From the NCBI GenBank assembly GCA_963816345.1, contig CAWFKI010000005.1, positions 2,550,053 through 2,614,052 of the forward strand: a DNA stretch of 64,000 bases. The letters are read 5' to 3'. A model generated the notes under the pieces. It had not been told where the DNA came from. It worked only from the letters and a program-made list of their open reading frames with translations, and ran no database searches. The stretch comes from an uncultured Bacteroidales bacterium (lineage in GTDB: Bacteria > Bacteroidota > Bacteroidia > Bacteroidales > VadinHA17). Below, in pieces: positions 10,212-20,815 of the stretch (position 1 is the stretch's first letter; the number at the start of each line of letters is the position of its first letter). The position numbers and the translations under genes are program-made.

Positions 10212-11636
10212 TTACTTAAAAGCTGAAGAACGAGTGATCCTCATTTTTGTATTATCAGAATATATCAGAGACTTTATCCCTTCTACCTTTTTAAAATGTA
10301 CATTTTTTAGTTTAACACTTTCAACATTTTCAAAACCCATTGCTGGTCGTTCTTCCACACCTTTAAAATCCAGCTTTACATTCTTAAATTCAATATTCTT
10401 TACATTACGGACATAAAAGCCCCAATAGGGAAGAGGTCTGGATTCAGTTCGTGGACGCTCAATGGTTTTAACTTTTAATAGATTCGGATCCGTTATCTGG
10501 TATGATACGCAAAGGTTTTTAAATTTGATATCCTCATATTTGCTGTCTACGGGCCATGCTTCAACAGAACAGGCGTTATGGGAGATCCCGGTAGCAACAA
10601 CATTTTCGACAAGTATTTCTCTGGCTGTGTTACCTTCATTTAATACAAATGTCAAAGCTGTCTGAACATCTTTAATTAATATATTATGTATAAAAATATT
10701 GTCAAGTTTTCCAGGTCCTTTTGCCCAGGCTCCTGGCTGCATTATAATACCTGTGAGGGTCTTTCTTATCCAGGGGTTGTCGATCGGACCGCGGTAATGA
10801 CCAAATACACCCGGCCCGACTATACAACAATTTCTTATCTCCAGGTTTTTAACCGGCAAAACAATTCTGATGCCATTGCAGGCGCTATTAATGGTACAAT
10901 CAGTAATTAGCGCGTCTACCCAATATCCTCCTGCAATTGCATCGTCACGGCAATACAATTTACAATTCTCAAATACTAATTTTTTACCCTTTCGTACATG
11001 AATACCATCATATCCGTCTGTTACCGTCACATTGCTTACTTTATAATCTTCAACATAAAACCCAACGATACTCCAATTTCCTGACCTGGTAACTGTTATA
11101 TCAGAAATGGCTATATTTTTTGACTCAGTTGCCATAATACCGTGTATTTCCCTGTGGGGTTCAGGTACCAACATCATACCATCAATAGTTCCGGTACCGG
11201 TAATAGTTACATTTTCAACTTTTTCAAGGAGTATTATTGCCCGGGTCCAGTAATTCATATCATTGGTACCTATGCCGATAGGCTCGTTCTCATCCTCAGG
11301 TTTTACATCTGCACCTTTAAATTGGCTTTTGTCATCGGTTGCCATAATGGTTGCATTTTTATCAAGAAATAAAGTAATATTGCTTTTAAGCTTAACAGTT
11401 CCTGTTAAAAATCTCCCGGCAGGTATCAGCACGGTTCCGCCTCCTGCCTCGGAACAGGCGTTAATAGCTTTATTTATTGCCTCAGTATTCAACGAGCGGC
11501 CATCGCCCACAGCCCCATAATCTTTAATGTTAAATGCCTTTACATCTTGATTTAGATGATCACTTGAAGCCACAAGAGCAAAGCCCAAAAAGGAATTTGT
11601 CATGAAAAGTAAAAAAAGTATTCCTGAAGGTTTCAT
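10212..11636 (-). CDS. GH28-like polygalacturonase / pectate-lyase-fold (right-handed beta-helix) glycosidase
   Basis: N-terminal FNIKDYGAVGDGRSLNTEAINKAINACSEAGGGTVLIPAGRFLTG is the classic GH28/pectate_lyase_3 opening. Start moved to MKPSGILFLLFM (signal peptide). Confidence 0.75.
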   Translation of the reverse strand: MKPSGILFLLFMTNSFLGFALVASSDHLNQDVKAFNIKDYGAVGDGRSLNTEAINKAINACSEAGGGTVLIPAGRFLTGTVKLKSNITLFLDKNATIMATDDKSQFKGADVKPEDENEPIGIGTNDMNYWTRAIILLEKVENVTITGTGTIDGMMLVPEPHREIHGIMATESKNIAISDITVTRSGNWSIVGFYVEDYKVSNVTVTDGYDGIHVRKGKKLVFENCKLYCRDDAIAGGYWVDALITDCTINSACNGIRIVLPVKNLEIRNCCIVGPGVFGHYRGPIDNPWIRKTLTGIIMQPGAWAKGPGKLDNIFIHNILIKDVQTALTFVLNEGNTAREILVENVVATGISHNACSVEAWPVDSKYEDIKFKNLCVSYQITDPNLLKVKTIERPRTESRPLPYWGFYVRNVKNIEFKNVKLDFKGVEERPAMGFENVESVKLKNVHFKKVEGIKSLIYSDNTKMRITRSSAFK

Positions 11637-11774
11637 AATATCGGTTCCCCTTATCACTACCAATAAGACTTCACAAAAAAGCATGAATATCAGGGGTGCC
11701 TGAAAAGCAAAAATTATTTATCTTTTCTGACACCCCCATGTAATGTTCTGACTGCTCAAAACATTCAAAGTCAA

Positions 11775-13538
11775 TTAATAATCAGGATTCTCTTTCAGGT
11801 TGGGGTTATTATTGATCCTGGTCTCACCTATCGGAAGGTAATAGTATGCCGGTCTAAATACACGATTAAAGGTTTCAGCATTGGAAACTTCATACTGGTA
11901 CTGGTTTGGTGTCGTGTTGAAATGCCAGTACGCGAAAGCAGCAAGCCTGTTGGTATTCAATTCTGCTTCTGCTGTCCTCCAGCGCCTTAAATCATAGAAT
12001 GCATGTTCTTCAAAAGCCAGCTCGATTCTCCGTTCATGGCGAATCTTGTCCAGGGTAATGGTTGTTAATTCTGCGACACCAGCTCTGTCCCTGATTTGAT
12101 TTATTGCATCTAAATTGTCGGCTGCCGCACCATTAAGTTCAAACGAGGCTTCCGCATAGTTAAGTAAAATTTCCGCATACCTGAACGTCAGCCAGTCCTG
12201 GAAGGAAGAGTTTGTAATAGGAAATTTATGTGTCGGGTCAAGGAATTTTTTCAACAGGAACCCCGTTGACGGACGTTGAAATGTCGTTTCATCAAGTCCG
12301 ACAACATCTCTGCCATTATAGGTAGCATATTCTGTAAGCAGTTTTTCTCCTGTTTCAGTATATACACCTTTCCAGAGGGCTACAGTGTCTCTGGTGCCTA
12401 TCCACGGTGTACCGTTATACATTATGGATGCCTCACATCTAGGATCCTTTTTTAATATGACTGGTCTCAGATAGCCTTTCAGATTCGGCCAGTCGATTTT
12501 ACCATCCGATCCATCAAGATTATCATACATGTCTACCATTTGCATGGAGGGAGAAAATGTACAACCCCAGTAAGTATAATTGCAGTTGGGATTTTCAAAA
12601 TCATCCCAGCTATGGCCATAATTAATATCGAAGAATTTTTTTGCCAGGATGACCTCTATGTTATCCTTCTCCAGAAATATCATCTGGTAATTAAATGCTT
12701 TATCGGGATACTTATTAAACAATGCAAATTTGCCACCGTCTATAATTGCTTTTGAGGCATCGAGTGAGGCTTGCCAGTATTTATTAGCATCTGACGCAGG
12801 AATTCCTACGAGTCCATCAAGCTGAACCGTTCCATATTTTGCGATGCTGGCGGCATAAAGCATGGCCCTGCTTTTTAGCGCCAGAGCACCATATCTGGTA
12901 ACTCTTCCGGGAACATCAGTTTCAGGAAGTATAGTTGCAATCGTATCACATTCCTTCCCTATTAAATCATAAACCTCCTGTTCCTTGTTTCTTGTTACAA
13001 ATAAAGTGGCAGAGTCTGCATCAATGGATTGGGGGGTCAGGATAATTGGGACTCCTCCATACCGTTTCACCATTTCAAAATAAACAAAGGCCCGTAAAAA
13101 TCTTGCTTCTGCGTTGTACTGGGTTTTTAATTCTTCAGCATTTTTTCCACTTTTAAGATTAATGAGAAAAATATTAATATCACGAATGATCGCATAATCA
13201 AAATATTCAAGCTCGCCTCCGGAACCATTTAATAAACCCTGGCCTATGAGTGTCAGATTCCATGGTAAATTGGTGCACCCCTCACCTGAAGCGACTATGG
13301 AAGCGAAAACATTGAAGTCATCATAACCTCCAAATATATTAGTCCCGTATAATCCGGCTAAAGGCGTTATGCGGCCGTATAGGTTGCTCAGGTAAGCGCC
13401 TGTCAAAGCAGGATCATCCCAGACCACTGCATCTGAAATTATATTTAATGGCGCTTTATCAAGCAGTTGCTTCTGGCAGCTCTGCGCAAACAGGAGTACC
13501 GCAAGAAACAATATTAGAGTAATAATGGAATTTTTCAT
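11775..13538 (-). CDS. susD: SusD/RagB-family nutrient-binding outer-membrane lipoprotein
   Basis: 587 aa with a lipobox (...LFAQSC). TPR-like SusD motifs are present (RAFVYFEMVKRYGGVPI, RYAEILLNYAEA, IRHERRIELAFEEHAFYDLRRW). It lies directly downstream of SusC. Confidence 0.9.
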   Translation of the reverse strand: MKNSIITLILFLAVLLFAQSCQKQLLDKAPLNIISDAVVWDDPALTGAYLSNLYGRITPLAGLYGTNIFGGYDDFNVFASIVASGEGCTNLPWNLTLIGQGLLNGSGGELEYFDYAIIRDINIFLINLKSGKNAEELKTQYNAEARFLRAFVYFEMVKRYGGVPIILTPQSIDADSATLFVTRNKEQEVYDLIGKECDTIATILPETDVPGRVTRYGALALKSRAMLYAASIAKYGTVQLDGLVGIPASDANKYWQASLDASKAIIDGGKFALFNKYPDKAFNYQMIFLEKDNIEVILAKKFFDINYGHSWDDFENPNCNYTYWGCTFSPSMQMVDMYDNLDGSDGKIDWPNLKGYLRPVILKKDPRCEASIMYNGTPWIGTRDTVALWKGVYTETGEKLLTEYATYNGRDVVGLDETTFQRPSTGFLLKKFLDPTHKFPITNSSFQDWLTFRYAEILLNYAEASFELNGAAADNLDAINQIRDRAGVAELTTITLDKIRHERRIELAFEEHAFYDLRRWRTAEAELNTNRLAAFAYWHFNTTPNQYQYEVSNAETFNRVFRPAYYYLPIGETRINNNPNLKENPDY

Positions 13539-13634
13539 AACTGATTTTTTTACTTATTTATAATGACTTTTATAAAAACTTCACACAACATGACTTAAGG
13601 ATCTTTGCATGGGTAGTTTAAATAAATAGATACG

Positions 13635-16600
13635 TTAAAAATTAAGATCAATACCTGCCTGAAAGTTTTTCATTAGCGGATAATTGTATGCACCATTGTT
13701 GCCAGTGAAGGAAGGACCTCCCCCTGGATTTAACAAATAAATAGTTGCCTCGGGATCTAATGGGTATACATTATCAAATGTAAGTATATTCAATCCCGTT
13801 ATGAAAATGCGGCATGATCTGATTTTCAGCTTATCAGATAAGCTTTTCGGAATTGTGTAACCAAGTGTAATGTTTTTAAGACGGAGATAAGTGGCATTCA
13901 TCATCCAGAATGATGAAAATTTCTTATTATTTTCGGCTTCGCCGCTCACTAACCTTGGATATCTTGCACCGGTATTCTCTGGTGTCCAGTAATCAGTCAT
14001 GTATGTAAAGGGAACAGTCCCGTTTTCAAACGGATTCTGATGTGCATAAGCATTGAACCCTGAAGCCCCCTGGAATAATGCATTGAAATCGAATCCTTTA
14101 TATTCAAGTGTCAGGTTGAATGAAAACATGATGTCGGGAATATAACCCTTTCCGATTTCATGCTCGTCTTTGAAATCAATTACCCCGTCCTTGTTGAAAT
14201 CTTCATATTTTATATCTCCGGGTTTGATAGTTGCGTTCCCCTGTGTGTCCTGATCGGCCCATTCACTAATTTCGGTCTGCGTCTGGAAGAGCCCCAGGGC
14301 TTTATATCCGATAAGCCTGTTTTTCCATTGGCCGGATAACCCAAGACGTTCTCTTGTTGCAGCGTCAGGATACGTGGGTTCATCATAGTGTATCCATTTC
14401 GACCTGGCATAGGTTACCATACCGCTAATTGAATACCTAAGGTCGCCGATATTATTTTCATGTCTCAAAGTAAGTTCAAATCCTCTATCGTCGAAACTGT
14501 TTATTGGTTCCTGAGGCAAACCGGCTCCAAAAGTTAGTGGAATTGATTTGCTCCTCGTGCCGGCTACATTTTCAACTTTTCGGTAAAACAGATCAAATTC
14601 AAAAGAGAATAAATCTTTCCAGAAACCTCCATCCAGACCGAGATTATAGTTGGTCGATATTTGCCAGGTTAAATTTGGATTAGGAATACCGGTCGATATA
14701 ATACCTTTATTAATTGAAGTCCCAAATACATTACCGAGCCCATATACATAGCCGGCTATATACGAATAAGCTGGCACGTCGGCATCACTTCCGGCTTTTC
14801 CCATCGAAGCTCTTAACTTAAGATTACTTATAGCCGAAATATTTTTTATAAATTGCTCTTCAGACAGGCGCCAACCGAGAGATATGCTTGGAAATGTCCC
14901 CCACCTTTTATTAGAGACGTATCTGGATGAGGCATCATAACGAACAGTTAATTCAGCGAGATATTTACCGGCGTAAGCATAATTTATACGACCGGCATAA
15001 CCTATACGGCCATCCTGATACTGAGTACCTGAAGCATCCTTGTCGGCATCTCCCCCGGCAAAAAGTTGCTCGACAGCGGTACTTAGATAATTTTTTCTGA
15101 ATCCATAGAAGGTATTATTCCCGTAATCAATGTACTCCCCTAGAAGAAGGGCATTTATTGAGTGTAATCCTACAGTCTTATCGTAATTCAGCTGGAATTG
15201 TGAAGTCAATTGAGAATATCTGTACATTGTTTCCCTGTCACTATTTTCTGATTGCTGAGCTGGCATAGGATTTGAATATACGTTGGTTGTTGGGTCATAA
15301 TTCCAATAAAAGAATTGCTTCCCAAATTGTTTGGTATATGAGAATGCATTATTGGTTGCGAAGTTAGCTCTGGCAGATAATCCTTTTAAGAAAGGCGCTT
15401 CGTATTTTAAGTTCAGTTCTCCATCGAGGTATTTCGTATCATCATTGGTATATCCTGAGAAGCTCTTGTTCGATCTGCCAACAGGCTGGGTTGAACCATG
15501 CCCTGTAAAGGCTAACTTTGTCGGATCTGGATAATGGCCCGGGAAAGTTGGTTGGGCGAAATTGGCATCCTGCAAAACCAACCAGAAAAGATTATTAATG
15601 TCATTTGATTGAGATTGCGAAGCTGAGGGAGCTGATATTTTTTCCTGTCTTATGCCAATTTTGACAGAAGCTGTAAAACCCCTGGCTACTTTTGCCTCGA
15701 CATTGGACCGAAAATTAATTCGATTATAGTCAAGATCACCGCTTTTCAACATTCCGCCATTATTAAAATAACCTAACGAAAAGAAATAATTCAACTTATC
15801 AGATCCCCCGATTGAACTGAGATTATACTTCGATATGGGTGCAGTTTTGTTAAAAACTTCGCCATACCAGTCTGTATTGGGATAGGCGGGATCAGTACCA
15901 TTTTTAAATTTATCAATTTGATCCTGAGTCCATGTTGTAAGTCCGGCCTCATTAGACATCCTTGCAAATGTACCAGCGTCGACCGGATGTGGCATTCGTG
16001 TTGGTGACTCCATCCCATAGGAAGCGTTAAAATTAAATGTGGGCGTCTCTGATTTTCCGTGTTTGGTTGTAATAAGCAGCACTCCATTGCCTGCCCTTGC
16101 TCCGTAAATCGATGCAGAAGCATCTTTCAAAACAGAAACACTCTCGATGTCCGTCATATCAATCTGGTCCCAGCCAAATGGGTATTCAACGCCATCGACA
16201 ATTATAAGCATGTTGGCAAAACCTCTAATAGATACAGAAGGCGAATTTTGCCCTGGTACTCCACCCGGGCTGACAGCAATTATGCCGGGTAACCTGCCTA
16301 CCAGTGCTGTACCGACATCCTTTACCGGCAATGATTTTATCTCCGAACCTGAAATTGATGCTACTGATCCGGTAACATTTATTTTCTTTTGCGACCCGTA
16401 ACCAACAACGACAACATCCTGCAAAGCTTGTATATCGGAGACGAGTTTAATATCAAGAACTGTCAATCCATTTATTGGTACCTCCTGTGTTGCATAACCG
16501 ATATAAGAAATTTTTAAATTACCACTTAGGTTCGGCACTGAAATGCTGTATTTGCCACTTATGTCAGTAATTACCCCAGTGGTAGTCCCTAAAAGAACAA

Positions 16601-16862
16601 CATTAACACCAACAAGTGCCTCACCAGTGGTAGCGTCGGTAATAGTACCGGCAACTTTCAACTGCTGAGGTTCTGCTGGTAATGTTAAATTGTCCATAAA
16701 AGCATTAGCCGTACTGGCAATACCAACACCTTTCACATCTTCAAAGGCTGCATGGGCAAGCTGGATTCCGCAAATCATAAAGACGATAGCAATACCTACA
16801 ATTGGAAAAGTTTTTTTCAGAGAATGGTAAAACAATTCTCGTGAAGGTTCATCATTTTTCAT
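13635..16862 (-). CDS. susC: SusC/RagA-family TonB-dependent outer-membrane transporter
   Basis: 1075 aa. It has a carboxypeptidase-regulatory-like domain (GTITDATTGEALVGVNVVLLGTTTGVITDISGKY), a plug (VVVGYGSQKK) and a C-terminal beta-barrel ending in ...GIDLNF. Confidence 0.92.
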   Translation of the reverse strand: MKNDEPSRELFYHSLKKTFPIVGIAIVFMICGIQLAHAAFEDVKGVGIASTANAFMDNLTLPAEPQQLKVAGTITDATTGEALVGVNVVLLGTTTGVITDISGKYSISVPNLSGNLKISYIGYATQEVPINGLTVLDIKLVSDIQALQDVVVVGYGSQKKINVTGSVASISGSEIKSLPVKDVGTALVGRLPGIIAVSPGGVPGQNSPSVSIRGFANMLIIVDGVEYPFGWDQIDMTDIESVSVLKDASASIYGARAGNGVLLITTKHGKSETPTFNFNASYGMESPTRMPHPVDAGTFARMSNEAGLTTWTQDQIDKFKNGTDPAYPNTDWYGEVFNKTAPISKYNLSSIGGSDKLNYFFSLGYFNNGGMLKSGDLDYNRINFRSNVEAKVARGFTASVKIGIRQEKISAPSASQSQSNDINNLFWLVLQDANFAQPTFPGHYPDPTKLAFTGHGSTQPVGRSNKSFSGYTNDDTKYLDGELNLKYEAPFLKGLSARANFATNNAFSYTKQFGKQFFYWNYDPTTNVYSNPMPAQQSENSDRETMYRYSQLTSQFQLNYDKTVGLHSINALLLGEYIDYGNNTFYGFRKNYLSTAVEQLFAGGDADKDASGTQYQDGRIGYAGRINYAYAGKYLAELTVRYDASSRYVSNKRWGTFPSISLGWRLSEEQFIKNISAISNLKLRASMGKAGSDADVPAYSYIAGYVYGLGNVFGTSINKGIISTGIPNPNLTWQISTNYNLGLDGGFWKDLFSFEFDLFYRKVENVAGTRSKSIPLTFGAGLPQEPINSFDDRGFELTLRHENNIGDLRYSISGMVTYARSKWIHYDEPTYPDAATRERLGLSGQWKNRLIGYKALGLFQTQTEISEWADQDTQGNATIKPGDIKYEDFNKDGVIDFKDEHEIGKGYIPDIMFSFNLTLEYKGFDFNALFQGASGFNAYAHQNPFENGTVPFTYMTDYWTPENTGARYPRLVSGEAENNKKFSSFWMMNATYLRLKNITLGYTIPKSLSDKLKIRSCRIFITGLNILTFDNVYPLDPEATIYLLNPGGGPSFTGNNGAYNYPLMKNFQAGIDLNF

Positions 16863-16980
16863 AGATCTGTGAGGTTTAGGTTAAAAAAAACTTTTTCATA
16901 TAAGATCTTAAAAATCTTATATCATAAAATTAGATTACAAGAATTGCTTAAAAAACTACTACATTTTCAATTCACAACAC

Positions 16981-16988
16981 TATTTTTG
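16981..16988 (+). promoter_or_regulatory. Bacteroidetes-type -7 promoter box (TAttTTTG) for the AraC regulator
   Basis: Matches the TAnnTTTG consensus, 41-50 nt upstream of the candidate ATG starts at 17029 and 17038. Confidence 0.45.
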
Positions 16989-17037
16989 CATATATTGCTA
17001 GTTTAATTTGGTTTTCGTCACAATTAATATGTTAATC

Positions 17038-17919
17038 ATGCAAGCCAAACTTGAAAAAGTAATTCCCAACCAATCTTCCTCAATTTTCGTAAAAAGAGAA
17101 ATAGTACCTTATATGGATTACCCATGGCATTATCATCCGGAGGCTGAGATCATATTTGTTGAAAAAAGCTATGGCATACGATTTATGGGAAATCATGTAG
17201 GACCTTTCGGTGATGGAGATTTAATGTTTATAAGTCCGAATCTGCCCCACGTATGGAGAAATGATCAGGATTTTTACAAAGGAAATAAAGACCTATTTGT
17301 TGATGTATATGTGATCCAGTTCCGCGAAGATGCTTTGGGTGAAAGTTTTTTTGATTTTTTTGAATTTGCCCATATTAAAAAGCTGTTTCTTCGCGGGCAG
17401 CAGGGTATATTAATAAAAGGGAAAGAGCATAAGGAAATCTCTGAATTGATTAAGCGGGTTTACAATTCTTCCGGCTTTGACAGGATAGTTTTATTCCTGG
17501 AAACACTTAATTCATTTTCCAATGCTAGGGATTACACTTTACTTTCAAGTTTAGGTTACACAAGTCCTGTTAATGTTCCAGACAAGGAAAGAATCAATAA
17601 GGTAATGAGCTTTTTCATGGATAATTACAGGAAGGAATTTAAACTTGAAGAAATAGCTGATCTTGTTAATCTTAATAAAGCCTCTTTTTGCCGGTACTTC
17701 AAAAGCAGAACTCACAAAACCTGTTCTCAATTTATAAATGAAATAAGAATTGCTCATGCATGCAAAATGCTTATAAACAGCGATATGACAATTACTGAAA
17801 TTTGCTATTCAACAGGCTATAACAATATTTCCCATTTTAACAGGCAGTTTAAGCTGATTACCGGATTTACTGCCAGAGAGTATGCAAAAAATTATCTGAG
17901 GAATGGATCTTTAGAATAA
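17038..17919 (+). CDS. AraC-family transcriptional regulator (N-terminal cupin sensor + C-terminal HTH)
   Basis: Cupin-like WHYHPEAEIIFVEKSYG...GDLMFISPNLPHVW followed by an AraC HTH (FCRYFKSRTHKTCSQFINEIRIAHACKMLINSDMTITEICYSTGYNNISHFNRQFK). Alternative starts at 17029 and 17008. Divergent from susC. Confidence 0.88.
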   Translation: MQAKLEKVIPNQSSSIFVKREIVPYMDYPWHYHPEAEIIFVEKSYGIRFMGNHVGPFGDGDLMFISPNLPHVWRNDQDFYKGNKDLFVDVYVIQFREDALGESFFDFFEFAHIKKLFLRGQQGILIKGKEHKEISELIKRVYNSSGFDRIVLFLETLNSFSNARDYTLLSSLGYTSPVNVPDKERINKVMSFFMDNYRKEFKLEEIADLVNLNKASFCRYFKSRTHKTCSQFINEIRIAHACKMLINSDMTITEICYSTGYNNISHFNRQFKLITGFTAREYAKNYLRNGSLE

Positions 17920-17935
17920 GGAACAGGTTTCCTTT

Positions 17936-19543
17936 TTATTTTTTCAGCCATAATGTATCAATAAGCTCCAGGGTCTTTTCCACAAGCTGCTGTCCTCCTT
18001 CCGGACCTATAAAAGCTTCAACCGGATCACTTCCATATGCCCCACCTGCTTCAGAGCGTTTTGTCGGAAGGTACCCGTCATAGCCGTTGGACAGCTGGAC
18101 TATAAATGTCTGAACTGCAGGGCTGCGTGCCTTAATTCGCATGCCATAATCAAGATAGAGTTCAAAAGGATTAGTTGCCATAACTATATCACCTAAACGT
18201 ATAACATGAATCTCAACCGGCAGCACGGGTTCTCTCTTCTGTAATTCATAACGCTCCATCACACTTTGCTGTGACGTTATCATTGCATAACTTTGTGTAA
18301 TCTCAGTGTACCATCCTGGCTTGCTTTTCAATGCCGGATTTTCTCTTATCTCCCGAAAGAGTCGCTCATAGCTTTTTTCCCATTCGTCAGTTTCTTTGCT
18401 TAAATTTTTAACATTCTGACCACTTATAAGTAGCCTTGGAAGATCAATAGTTTCCATCCTGTTGTAAAATACCGGCTTCCAGTCTATATTTGCTTTCGTA
18501 TATTGTAACACAGCGGTTGCCGCATCTGCAATACTGACTGCAATTTGTTTTCGCTGTCCGATATTTGCGCTGCCGGAATTGGTACTGTCGGGCCACATGA
18601 GACGCTCCATCCGTTCTTCTGCTTTTTTTCCAACCATCAAATGAGGGGACTGATCACCGGCTGCGCTGCATTGGGCTAAAATAAAAACATTCCTGCCAAG
18701 CCTTTTTCGGATCTCTGATCGCGTATCATGCCAGTAATCCGCGCTGATAAAATATTCATTTTCGCTTACCTGTGAAGGACAGGGTATATTTATTATCATA
18801 CCTGTCAGCGTGCTCTTATTATCCCATGTATAGAGCAAATTAACAGAATGGTCCTCATATCCCTCCAGATGACTAAACTCCGGAGTGTTGGTATTCCCGT
18901 ACATTTCCGACTTTCCTGACATATATGCTGCCAAACGGTTATGACCCACTACAGCATGACCTAAACCAAAACTTATGCCTCCCTGTTTGCGGCTTTTCCA
19001 GGCCATTACGGCTGCAGAGGCAATACGACGGCATGAAAATTCCAGATAATCTGCCGGTGGCATAACATTGAGCTCTATTCCAACCAGATCTTTTACGGCT
19101 GCATTTGATCCAAGAGGAGCTGTATGTGTATGTGTTGCATTTATAATAATCTGTTCCGGCCGGAGTTCAGGAAGGGATACTTTTAAAAGTTCCCTTACCT
19201 TCTCCATATAATCATTTTTAAATCCGGATGCTTCTGCTATGCAAACCAAATCACAGCTAATCAGTATTGCCTTTTCTGAAGATGCCCCGGTGCCGGATTC
19301 TATGGCAAGGGCCGTCACTGTTATAGAGTCCATGACACCTTCTGAAATTCTTGCCTGCCATTGCCCGATAAGAAGTACAGGTTTATCAGGGGTTATGTTG
19401 GCAGATGCCCATCCTATCTTCATATTTCCCGGGTCAGCTCCTGCAATAATTGATTTATTCTCAGTCCTGTTAACACATGAATTAAAAAAGAAAATTATTG
19501 TAACAGGCAATAAGAATGACCTTAGAAGTATTAATTTTTTCAT
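17936..19543 (-). CDS. Lipoprotein hydrolase of unknown specificity, neutral/alkaline-ceramidase-like N-terminal region
   Basis: 535 aa with a lipobox (...FFFNSC). GWASANITPDKPV and INATHTHTAP resemble the neutral ceramidase family motifs (G.A..DITP, ATHTHS.P). The family call is tentative. Confidence 0.4.
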   Translation of the reverse strand: MKKLILLRSFLLPVTIIFFFNSCVNRTENKSIIAGADPGNMKIGWASANITPDKPVLLIGQWQARISEGVMDSITVTALAIESGTGASSEKAILISCDLVCIAEASGFKNDYMEKVRELLKVSLPELRPEQIIINATHTHTAPLGSNAAVKDLVGIELNVMPPADYLEFSCRRIASAAVMAWKSRKQGGISFGLGHAVVGHNRLAAYMSGKSEMYGNTNTPEFSHLEGYEDHSVNLLYTWDNKSTLTGMIINIPCPSQVSENEYFISADYWHDTRSEIRKRLGRNVFILAQCSAAGDQSPHLMVGKKAEERMERLMWPDSTNSGSANIGQRKQIAVSIADAATAVLQYTKANIDWKPVFYNRMETIDLPRLLISGQNVKNLSKETDEWEKSYERLFREIRENPALKSKPGWYTEITQSYAMITSQQSVMERYELQKREPVLPVEIHVIRLGDIVMATNPFELYLDYGMRIKARSPAVQTFIVQLSNGYDGYLPTKRSEAGGAYGSDPVEAFIGPEGGQQLVEKTLELIDTLWLKK

Positions 19544-19627
19544 CGTAATTAATTAAAAATCAGAAATGAGCCAGCTGGCAGCCCCGGACCTGGCGACAAG
19601 CCGGTTTCATATAAAGAACATATATTA

Positions 19628-20704
19628 TTATTGAGGCAGCTTATACCACTTTATTGCATTTTTACTATAGATCTTTTCCACAACTTCCTTCGGGAGCTGC
19701 AATCCTTCAAATTCTCCCCTGAAGGAGGCTGAAGTCATTCTTTCATTTGTCGTAAAATACTTCCAGTCATCAAGCCATGTCTCATGTATCCCGGCTGCCA
19801 GTTCCTGAACATCCCCTCTTCCCTCGTCCGAGAGATCAGTGCCATATAATAACCTGTCCTGATATTTTATGCAGAAATCCCTGACCTTTTTGCGGTCCCT
19901 GGCTGACTGATACTGGAGATGGCAGATACGGGCCGCCATATCCACTGCCATATTGGGAAATTTGTCAAGTCGTCTGGCAAGCTCATCTACGCTCCACTCA
20001 AGGCTTCCAAGGTGGCAGCCTATAAAAACCAGATCGGGATGCATCTCAAGCATATGATCCCTTGCATTTATCTGATCTTCATATGAGGGATACTCAGGAT
20101 GCAGGAACATGTGATACTGAGGATTCTCGGCAAAATAGCTGCTGTCGCCGGTTACCGTCATCTCATTAAGCGGCAGCCAGCAGTTGCGGGGCTCTCCAAG
20201 ATGCCCTGTAATAGGCAGATGCCTGCTGATTATATAGTCAATTACAGGTTGCAATCCGGGATCGTCCACCATAATGAACCTGCCACTCCTGTCGCGCTCG
20301 GTCATCCCGATATTTTTCCAGAACTTGACCGATACCGCTCCTCCGGATATGGCCTTTTCCAGGTGTGCAATTACCTTTCTGCTCCAGCTCTCAGTTCCCC
20401 AGCCGGCAGTATCAAAGTAAAAGGTGGCTGCATAATAGACCCTTCCCGGGTACTTCTTCATTGCTTTCAGGGCAATCTCAAGCTGCTGCTCCACGGCAGC
20501 TGAATCAGAATGGTCAACATTGGGGGAGATCAGCCTGAAATTATCCTTAACCGCCTGCTCTTCAAAGAAACCTTTATCAGTGTCTATATGGGCATGCGAG
20601 TCAATCTTTAATACAGACTGGAAATCCTTCTGCGTAAAATAGTTGTTTTTACATCCTCCGATTATAAAAAGCAAATAAATGAGATAAACAATCCTGTTCT
20701 TCAT
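19628..20704 (-). CDS. Amidohydrolase-superfamily (amidohydrolase_2-like TIM barrel) lipoprotein
   Basis: 358 aa with a lipobox (...IIGGC). It has an N-terminal IDSHAHID metal motif, HLG/HxxxxP segments and a late LLYGTDL motif. Confidence 0.6.
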   Translation of the reverse strand: MKNRIVYLIYLLFIIGGCKNNYFTQKDFQSVLKIDSHAHIDTDKGFFEEQAVKDNFRLISPNVDHSDSAAVEQQLEIALKAMKKYPGRVYYAATFYFDTAGWGTESWSRKVIAHLEKAISGGAVSVKFWKNIGMTERDRSGRFIMVDDPGLQPVIDYIISRHLPITGHLGEPRNCWLPLNEMTVTGDSSYFAENPQYHMFLHPEYPSYEDQINARDHMLEMHPDLVFIGCHLGSLEWSVDELARRLDKFPNMAVDMAARICHLQYQSARDRKKVRDFCIKYQDRLLYGTDLSDEGRGDVQELAAGIHETWLDDWKYFTTNERMTSASFRGEFEGLQLPKEVVEKIYSKNAIKWYKLPQ

Positions 20705-20815
20705 CTTTCACAATACGTATTTACAGATTAAAAATAAGAAAACAGGGAAGTCCCGATACTGATCTGTCTCTGCAAACTTCCCCGCTAAAGATAATAACTA
20801 TTCAAATATATGCCA

